Source: Diadema antillarum | Taxonomy: Eukaryota | Direction: 5' to 3' | NCBI RefSeq assembly: GCF_040938485.1 | Contig: NW_027271445.1 | Coordinates: 3,844,001 to 3,908,000 of the forward strand | Length of the DNA: 64,000 bases | Part shown: piece by piece, positions 25,478 to 35,100 of the stretch | Layout of the letters: each line of letters begins with the position of its first letter | Position numbering within the stretch: the stretch's first letter is position 1 | Program-made: the position numbers and the translations under genes | Notes under the pieces: generated by a model | Told to the model about the DNA's origin: nothing | Database searches by the model: none | Seen by the model: the letters and a program-made list of their open reading frames with translations, nothing else

Positions 25478-26291
25478 GTAAAAGAGATAAAAATGCCCGA
25501 TATATTCATCTTTAACCTATTCAGTAGATTTTCTTATTCTTTGTCTTCATCCTTATTCTTCTACTTCTAGTTCATTTTTTTTTTTTGGGGGGGGGGGGGG
25601 GCTACAATGTGCCTGGCTGATGGTTTTGCGAATTCTACGGGTCACGTTTATCTAAACAATTCTAAATAAATATGTATGTGTTATGATTATTATGTACAAG
25701 TTTATAATCTTTGCTTCTTTTATTGGTATTGTCGTAATCGCATGTTCATTCAAAAATATGTTCCATATAGTACAGGCCTGTTTATTTTGGGAGGAAATTT
25801 TTAAAATATTTTTTTGATGTTACAAATGTAGTAAACTCAAACTCAATAGGTAGGGACCAACTACGAAATAATGATCGACATGTCCCCCCTCCCTTTCTGT
25901 GTATTTCAGGTGAAATTTTCGGTAAGACACAGCTGCCACTCCATAATCAGGACTGCTCGTGACAGGAGGAAAAGCTTTGTCCTGAAAAGTTAAAGTGATG
26001 TTTTATTCCAATCTGCCGTGTGGTGTACTTTCCATGACTTCTACCATCGTATTTTCTGTTTGCCTCGTGCTTAATTTTGCTGTTTATTGACGGAATAATA
26101 TTCGTCTGTTAAAACAAACTTGAGCGAAATTTTGATTTCGTACGGATATCTTGTGAAAAATATGTCCCGGTTATGATGTCTCTTTGTGCTACAATGTGCC
26201 TATAAGTATTCGCACGATATTGATGCAAAACAGCGCTCAGGTGACCGGTTTTTATTCTGTATAAATGTGTTCAGTAGAGATAAGCCGTGAG

Positions 26292-26799
26292 AATTGAGTA
26301 TATGAATATAAAAACGACCCAAGTCCAATTTTTGGCCAAATTCAGTTTGACATGGGAAATTGTAGCTTATGCATGGACTCATCTTGTGTATCAATGATAA
26401 ATCCTAATTACCCCCAGAAGTGCCTGAAATAAATGAGTTAAATCTTATATGAATGTAAGAATGAAGGACTTGGGTCATTCTTGCATTCATATAATAGCGC
26501 CCTCTCTCGTCCTTCTCTCATCTCTATAGCAGAATATCATGTATATGAATCAAAGAACGACCCAAGTCCATATGAATCAAAGAACGACCCAAGTCCATCA
26601 CACAAAATGGCCTCTCCACAATTAATGTTAATGTTAATTGTCATAATAATATATGTTCTAATTTGTATATACAATGTTGCCATCCCATCACAGTTAAATA
26701 GAATATCATTGGACAAACAAAAAAGATATGAAGTTTTTTTAGTTTACTCGAAATGGTCTTCCATGGACTTGGGTCGTTCTCATATTCATATACTCAATT
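26292..26799. repeat. MITE-like palindromic element
   Basis: AATTGAGTATATGAATATAAAAACGACCCAAGTCCA is the inverse of TGGACTTGGGTCGTTCTCATATTCATATACTCAATT. An internal 27-bp perfect tandem duplication lies at ~26544-26597. Confidence 0.65.
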
Positions 26800-28691
26800 A
26801 TTAGGCTTGGAAATACATAGATCTATGGAAGCGCTATTGTATTTGGTGATACGACATTTGCTCCTGCGACAATTAATCTTGTCCTATTTTCTCCAAGGAC
26901 TTAGAGATAGATGTAGGGATGTGTTAGGGTTTTCGTCTTAGTTTGATGTGATGATTAGAAATAACAGATAAGGCTTAAAGGGTTATGTTTGTGTGTAGGT
27001 CTTATGTTTGGCTATTACAAAGCTAATAGATATTTCATGGGAGCAATTGTTGCAGTAGCGAATGTCGTGGTAACTAAGTCTTCATCAATACAGCAACTTG
27101 ACTTGCTTCATTCATTGGCAACCATTCTCCGTCTATAGTCGTACCAAACCACAGTTTTGAGACCCGCCTGTTGTTGTTACCTGCTTTATCCTGACCCATT
27201 AGTGAGTTTTGCTTTGCTTTTTTCTCTAGTTGTACAGTAGTGATGGAATTCGCTTGAAGGAAAACGGAGGATACCACCATTTTCTTAAATGAAACAATTA
27301 AATTACTCAGTAGACAGTTCTGAGACAAAAGCAAGATTACTCTCAATAGTGAAAACAAGGAGGAAAAGATATAACAAAATGGACCTGGCTGGTTGAACTT
27401 GTGGAGCGTAATGCAAACTTGTATTTTTGCACCCTTTCCATTAATGAGATCAAAATCTGTCTTGACGCTTCTTTTGTTATCAAGATAGCCATCTACAATG
27501 AATGAGGGATTTTGCTTTTCGTTCAAAGGTCATGACTAATTGTCTTAGTCTTACTATCTGCCGGTTAGGGAGGGGTGTGCTCGTATTCCTGTTTTACATC
27601 ATAGAACCTTGTACAGTCATAAATGAGGTTGCGGTGTCATGACATTTCGGAAATATACAAACCATGTGTAAAGTAAAAAAAAAAATGTAGATTTGAAAGA
27701 ACGCCAGTGAAAATGAAAGAAAAATGCCTGATATTGATATTTGTCAACGTAACAAGGACACAGTCTGAATTTCAATTCACCTTTGCTCAGCTGCTCTGTT
27801 TATGACAAGTTTACATTATTGTGGTGTGTATTTTCGTTATTTCTCTGTCAATACTCTCCGCTTGACTACACATTCCGCCTACAGTCATTCATGCTCTGTT
27901 TATCAATGAGATAGCTCACTTTGTTCAGGAGACATGTTATGGACCAGTCGTGGTAGTCAGAACACGGAAGTGGTAAATGCATTCCGATCAGTGCTGTGTC
28001 ATTGCCTTATCACGGCGTGGAATCCCCTCAGAAATGGGCGACATGATCAACGAGACATTTTTTTGCTGTTATAGACTGCTAGCAGCTCAAAAATCTGGTG
28101 GAGAACGGCGAGTACAGATTTTGTCGTGTGAAAATTGGAGCATTACACCAAGTGTACTGTGGTCGGAGCCGGACAGGCGCAATCAGACGCGATCAGACGC
28201 GATCAGACTCGATCATGGTAACTTTTGATGGCAATTTCTGTCCCACGGTTCTACAAGTGTTCGTAAGCTTTGATTGAATGTTACATAGACATTATCGTAT
28301 CAATGACTCAACCTACAGTCCGTGCTGCTACCAATCTGTTCGGATTGGTAGACGGGAAGCGACCTGTAGCTAAGTAGCTTGTAATGATTCTCCTTAGCCT
28401 GCACGTATCTGCCAAAAGTTTCCGGCTCGGAGAAGATGTTCACAGACCCGTGTTTGCGATCATGGTCCTGCTTTTTATGAGTGCATCACAATCCACGTGA
28501 GTTTCGATTGTTTGTTGATGATATTATCAATCTTTTCAAAGAGTTTTTATACGAGAAGGAGTATTTTCGCACTTCGTGGTGAAGATTATCCAATATTTTC
28601 ATTACAAGTCCGCAAACAGTATCAACAACAGTCAGTATCAACAACAGTGACAATAATAATAATTCAACATAAGTTTCACTCCAGACAACAG

Positions 28692-29139
28692 ATGGCTGAA
28701 AATGAGTCTGTCAAAGTGTTGGAAAACACAAAGCTCAAACAGAGACACTCTTGGAATACTGACATATATATCCCAGGAACAAGGAAACTTAGAAAGCGAT
28801 CTTCCCGCTACGATATTCCTCATGATGTCGACGTTCCGGACGGTGCTCAGCCCACGGAGACTTATCGTCCAGTCACTGACGACACTTTGAGTCCATCAAA
28901 AATTAGTGATGTAAGTCCATCATCTGTGGAGCGGACCAACGAAAATTATCGTCGATATACCCACGAGGGTGTAAGATCACCAGAAACTGGTATCCACAGC
29001 CCCGATGAGGCTGGGGAGAATTTCCGCCGGAAAGCTCACACCCACGAAGGAGTAAGGAGTCCAAAGCCAGAGTTACAGCTATCTAAGTTTTCTTTTTCCT
29101 TCGATGAATGGGACGCCCAGAGAGCAACAGAAGAACAAG
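28692..29139 (+). CDS. Variable/first coding exon C' (149 codons + 1 nt), proximal first exon of the ROCO gene
   Basis: ATG at 28692. Donor CAA G|GTAGAG at 29140 is phase 1 and joins in frame to the acceptor at 32098. Confidence 0.7.
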
Positions 29140-32100
29140 GTAGAGAAAGCTAGCTGTATCACGAACAACGTGTGGCTATAGTCAGTGGAATCAAATAGCA
29201 TCACATGTCATGATAAATAACATTTATATTGGGTGCATATATATATATATATATATATATAGACCGATTCGGGTTCGTTGAGGGCAGCAGACATTTCATG
29301 GCACTGGGCGCAGCCATAGTGGGTGTCTCAGCCGACCCCCCCCCCCCCCCCCCTGCTCTCCTCCACCTCGGGCAACATGTTTATCACGCACTTGGTTAAC
29401 AAAGGTTCGCGCACTAAGCAAGCATTCGCGCACTCAGTACGAGACGCCCATTGGCTAAAGCAGTTTTTCATTCTGCGCGCGTGCTAATGTAGGGAGAGGG
29501 GTGGGGAGTGGGAAGGGGGGGTCGGCTGAGACACCTCGTTAATGGCGCTGCTCATGCCAAAAATACACATAGCGCGTCACAGAATCGGTTTATACTCTAA
29601 AAAAATCGAGTGAAAATATTCACTCTTAAAGGAGTGAATACAAACAAAAGAGTGATCCCTGAGGTCACTCCAAAACGAGTGAAAATGAATATTTTCACTC
29701 AAAATTCACCCCAATTTCACTCTAAATTCACTCTTTTTTGTATTCACTCCTTTAAGAGTGAATATTTTCACTCGATATTTTCTATAGAGTATATATATAT
29801 ACATGTTTATATATATTCTATAGAAAAAATCGAGTGAAAAAAAATATATATATTAAAGCGCATTCATAATAATGATTACTAAAATAATGGCTACTTGTAC
29901 AGCGCACAGGTCTACCTTTCAGTGCTCATGGTAGTTATAGACATACAGAACATAAAAACTGGATACAGAATAGGATTATGAACAATTTTATATGTATACA
30001 GCTATAGAAAAAAAAAGAAAACTTGCGATTGAGCTAATAAGGAAGTTTTGAGTATTGATTTAAGTTTGTCTGCACTGTACTGTCCACTGAAGTAAATACT
30101 GGCCGTGAATATGTCCATACGAAAAGTTTTGGAGTCTGAACAAAACATGAATATGTTTTTTGTTTTTGTTTCATTAAACATTCGTCTCCATTCAGTACTT
30201 CAAAATAATTGTACAGCACAAGTGCCCCTGTAAAACCCTATATACCCAGCAAACTATTTCGGGGCATTTTCATACTATATAAGAGTTTCATTTATTACCA
30301 GCCTCGTATTTTCCTTAGCATGGTTGAAAAATAAAATGAGAAAGATGGACGTATAGTGGAGTTCATGAACATTTTTTTTTGACAAGATGTGTGCATTCGC
30401 TCATGCTGACCTAACGGGAGTAATCATATAATTTTCTTAATTCTTTTTTTAACCACACCTTTATAAAGAAAATTTTGAAATCTGTGTTGCACAATTTTAC
30501 GTGGCAGCTAATCATAGAAACAGTATGCAAGCATCTACAAATAATATCGTAAGTTGATGATACCATAGCTTTACAGGTGTCAAGGTGACGTACAAAAGTA
30601 AATGTCTAATAATTTTAGTTTGGCATGAAATATTAAAAAAGGTACATTTTCCCTCAATTGTTTGCTGTGGTGCAGCGTTCAGCTGTGATGGCTTTGAAGG
30701 AATATAAAGGATTTTAGTTTCGATACGAAGAGTTTGTTTGCAAAAACCGATAAGTCCATTTTTGAAGATTTTGAAGTACGGTCTCTGTCATAAAGTACAA
30801 AATAATACCTTTGAAATGATATATTGGTCACTACATATAAAGGTACATTGTTGAAGTTATGGTCAACAGAAGCAAAATTTGCCTTATCATTCTCTTTATT
30901 TTTCTTGACCTTTAATCGCAAATATCTCAATTTGACAAATATGGACTTATCGGTTTTTGCAAACAAACTCTTCATATTATCAACCTAAAACATAACCGTA
31001 GGATCAATATGATGCTGTTTTGTGCGTGAAATCAATGAAGTGTTTTCACGATTATGCATGTGTCCACTATCACTATAATGATATTCTGGCCCGAACATAT
31101 GTAAGCAGTGATTGTCCTATTGATGTAAGTGCTCAATCATCAAGGTAGCGTTCAATAATGTCAATAATGGTCCAAAGTTAAATCATGTGAAACCATCCTC
31201 GGACTTTGAAACAGTAAGTCTCGATGCAATTAGATATATTTCATTTTGTACCTTTATTTACCGTGACAGGGCGGGCTGCGGCATTTTTCTTTCTTTCATT
31301 CTTTCTTCTTCTTTTTTTTTTTAGCTATTCTAAATCCGGGGGGGGGGGGAGCGGGTCTCCCCCCCCCCTTCCCCGATCTCACCCATCAGTGGTGCGATCA
31401 TAACGAAATTTGGCATGCCCGACACTCATCACGTCGTAATCTGCAAAATTTCTAATCATAATTAATTAATTATGCTAAATTAAGACAAAGATTTTGTTTA
31501 AGCCTAATAGCATTGACAGCCCATTTTTTGGTTTATAGGCCTATATCTGTTTAAACATGTTCAACAATTGTACATTATAAAAACTCCCCAAAGTTATTTG
31601 GAGTATAGCCACTGTTTCGACTCCACACAGAGTCTTACTGAGAAATGTTATGTGTTTTCATGCCGTCACTTCCATTTGAAGCATAACACTCTGCCTCTCG
31701 GAAAAGAATAATGACAATAATAACAATAATGATGATGATGATGATAATAACAATGATGATAATTAATAGATTGAGGTCCCGTGTATGAGAGAGTCATAAT
31801 CCCCGTGCGCGTAAAAAGATCTCACCTCAATCATTCATCGCAAAAAGCATTGCGCATTACATGGTGAAGTAGTTCGTTTAAGTATATCCCACAACTGGAC
31901 CCTATGGACCTGCAAATGCAGCTAAATGTTTGTGGGCTATGCACTTTCCCACCATCTTTCCAGACGAAAATTAGAAACATATGCTAGAAAAATCAATTTG
32001 AATAACATATGTTGAGTCAGAGAAGGCAAATTGTTGCTGTGCTTTAATCTTGGATTAAACAGATGATACTTTTTTGTCCAACATATCCCGTTCACAGATA

Positions 32101-35100
32101 CAAACGCATATACCGCTGAACCGGGGAAAGAAAAAACCGAAACCGCCGACAATGCTGACCCAGCTTTGTTATCTTCCGATGACAATACTTCTGGTCTTTT
32201 GTCGGCACCACCCGAGATTCTTGCCCGGGGGCCGAGAGCAAAACGCGCCTATGCCGAAGCAGCCCGAGACGGCACGAAGAAGGTTTACCGAACTCGACTT
32301 ATGCTCGTCGGCCAGGAACGAGTTGGGAAGACCAGTCTAAAGAAGTCACTTACAGGTCAAAGGTCGGATACCCTTCACTTCTCTTGGCTCCAAACATATA
32401 AATGCCATCAAACACATCCAGCTCATATTGCAAAAGTCAACTCAAAATATTCAAACTAGATTTTTTTTTTGCATATACAAAGTGAAACTGTAGTTTTTGA
32501 TTGCCATCAATCTGCTGTTTCTGTCCAGTTATTGTACATAGTGCTTGTTGACGATTCATATATACAAATTGTGATTTCATCCGCATTTTGCATTCTCTCC
32601 AATATAGATTCGATGAAAATGAAGCAATTACGGATGGAGTTGAGACTACAAGTGGATGTGATATCAGTATAGAACTCGCAAAGGCTGGTGGGAAGTGGTG
32701 CATTCATCAGAAAAAGGGCACCACTGATGAAGCGAATGGTGAGGAGAACTTATCAACTTTACTCTATGATTTAGTTATTTTTGTCTCGCCACCGTAGCGG
32801 AACCGAGATATAGACGTCACTTTTCAGTCGGCGTCGGCGTCTAACTTTCCACAGCTTTGCGCTATGATCACCAAACCCACACCACATGTACATAACCTAA
32901 AACTGCTGGTCAGGTTCGAATATTGTATGTTAAGTCCGCGCAAGGTCAAAGGTCAAAAGTCAATGAAACTGCTCTGATTTTTAAACAGTATGCACTGCTT
33001 GTATCCACAGAGTTGAGCTATGGCCATCACATTCACACCCCTTGTACATTACCTAAAAACGCTGGTCATAACAAATTTAAAATATAGGTAAAGTCCTATA
33101 TAGTCCTATAGGGGCTCTAGGTCAAAATGTCAATGAACTTTCCCTAATAAGCAGTCGTCTCACAATATTGTGGTGTAGGACCCGGCCCCACTCTCAATAA
33201 ATTTCCACAGCTTTTAGCTATGACCACCAAATTCACACCACAGGTACATCTCCTAATGACGCCGGTGAAGTCCGACAAGGTCAAAGGTCAAATAGTCAAT
33301 GAACTTTACCTGATAGGCAACGTAGGCCTTATACACGTATAGTGGTGTACTCTTGAGAACTTTGTGCAGATTTCAGCTATGACCACCAAATTCAAAGCAC
33401 AGGTACATTACCTGAAGATGTTAGCCAAGTTCGAATGTTCCTGATTTCTGACAAGGTCAGACATCAAAAAGTAATGAACTTTCCGTGATTTAAGCGCCAT
33501 ATGTGTGTTCTCAATAACCGTCCTCAGCTTTGAGCTATGACCACAAAACTCACACCACTTTGCCGTGTTATTTAACGAAATATTGGATAAACAAAACCTT
33601 GAAACTGCCACATGTTCAAATTCCCAGTTCTGTATGCTTTCAAAGAATAATGATATTGCATTTAATCAAAATTATGATGTCATAGTCTCACACGTGAAAC
33701 AATGATCAGTTAGTACCGTAATATACTTTGAGCTGTTTTACATTTTCTCACAGAGGACTCGTACAAGCAGGCTCTGGCTGATGCTATTGCCAAACAACTC
33801 ATCATAGGCTCACTAGAGGTAGGTTGTTTAATGAGAAAAGTATTGAACATGATTTCATAGCCAGTTTATCCAGTTTTTTTTTTTCAGGGTTATTCACCAC
33901 ATAGTAATCATACTGCAAAATTTGTGTGATTTCATTAACCATAAAACATAATTTCTTCATTCACATGCCAAATTTCATTTATATTGCACTTTTTTTCAAC
34001 TAAGATACGTTTGTTGACTCTGTTTACAGAAACAAAACCCACAACAACTGTCTAATTACATACAATCTTTTTAGGCTGCGTTTGTCTAACCTGAAAGAGA
34101 GAATCACCACCCAGTTAACATTTGGACGTTTTCTGTTCTTGAAACGTTCCAATTTCGTTATTTGGACGTTTTGTCAAAATGTTTTCAGAACGTTTTTTGT
34201 GGAAGGTTTTCGACGTATTTGAAACGTTTCAAATCTCTAAAAACGTTATAGACATCAGAAAACCTTTAAAGAATATATAAAATGTTATGAGAACGTTCTG
34301 CGGACGTCAAGAAACCTTGTGAAAACCGTCTATTACGTTCAAAAAAAGAATTTAAGAACGTCTAAAAAGTCTTATGTCCCTTTCCAGAAAATCTAGAGAA
34401 CCTGGCGGCGATGGGGGTTTTCTTGGGCGGTGGACGGGTGGTCTCGTTGTTAAGAACTGGGAACGTTGAGCTAGGGATGTTGTTGATGTGGGGGCCAGTG
34501 TCTTGAGGTGCAGTGTTGTGTCTGTGGATTTCAATGGCTTCTCGGATTCTTCTAGAGTGCCAGTGTGAAATAGATGTGATGAGGTGCCTGCGGTCCCAGT
34601 CGATGCCTTGCACCGCATTGACTGGGACCCACCGCGGTGGTCTTCTCGCTGTGCGTGTTTAACGATGGCTGATTTCTCTCAGTCGTTAAGTTGTTGGCAG
34701 GTCTTGTGTTCTTTGAGTCTCATGTCGAAGTTGCGGTCTGTTTCCCTTGTAAACTTTGTAAACTTTGTAAACTTTGCCCCACTTGCATGGTATGCTGGGT
34801 ACGTCTGGTTGCTTGTTGGATGGGTTCTTGTCCTTGTGGGAGTGAAGAATGGAGTGTAGTTTTTTGGAAGAGCTATGTCTGACTTGGATGTTGGCTGATC
34901 TCAGGATGCGTTGTAGTTGTTGGGGCTGGTGATGGGAGTTTTGTCGGTGGGGGTGCTCTTGGTGGTCTTCTTTGTTAGTGGTTGTGTGAGGATCTTCCGT
35001 TGAGGGTATTGGTTGATGGTAGTGAAAGCGTTGGTGACATGCCTGAGTATCTTGAGTAGATGGTTTTGGCCGCTGAGCTGACAGACTTGGTGTGATGGGA

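Larger units (their letters stand above)
12793..25590 (+). repeat. Tandem segmental duplication: unit 1 = 12793-14818; unit 2 = 14819-15973 + 24720-~25590 (split by the transposon)
   Basis: Direct alignment by eye. The junction is at 14818/14819. Each unit carries an upstream block and exon D or D'. Confidence 0.92.

Noticed and set aside
25601-26201. 14-bp direct repeat GCTACAATGTGCCT (25601-25614 and 26188-26201) as a retro-insertion TSD
   Set aside because: The enclosed sequence has no poly-A or TE hallmarks and includes ancestral homology to ~5685-5710.
27074-27526. 150-aa minus-strand ORF
   Set aside because: Non-ATG start, no recognisable motif and no splice support. Unresolved, and a BLASTx search would settle it.
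940-29139. All upstream exons as consecutive exons of one long mRNA
   Set aside because: Phase-1 donors would need phase-1 acceptors. None was found in open frame ahead of exons B, C, D, D' or C', and each starts with its own ATG. Not formally excluded without transcripts.
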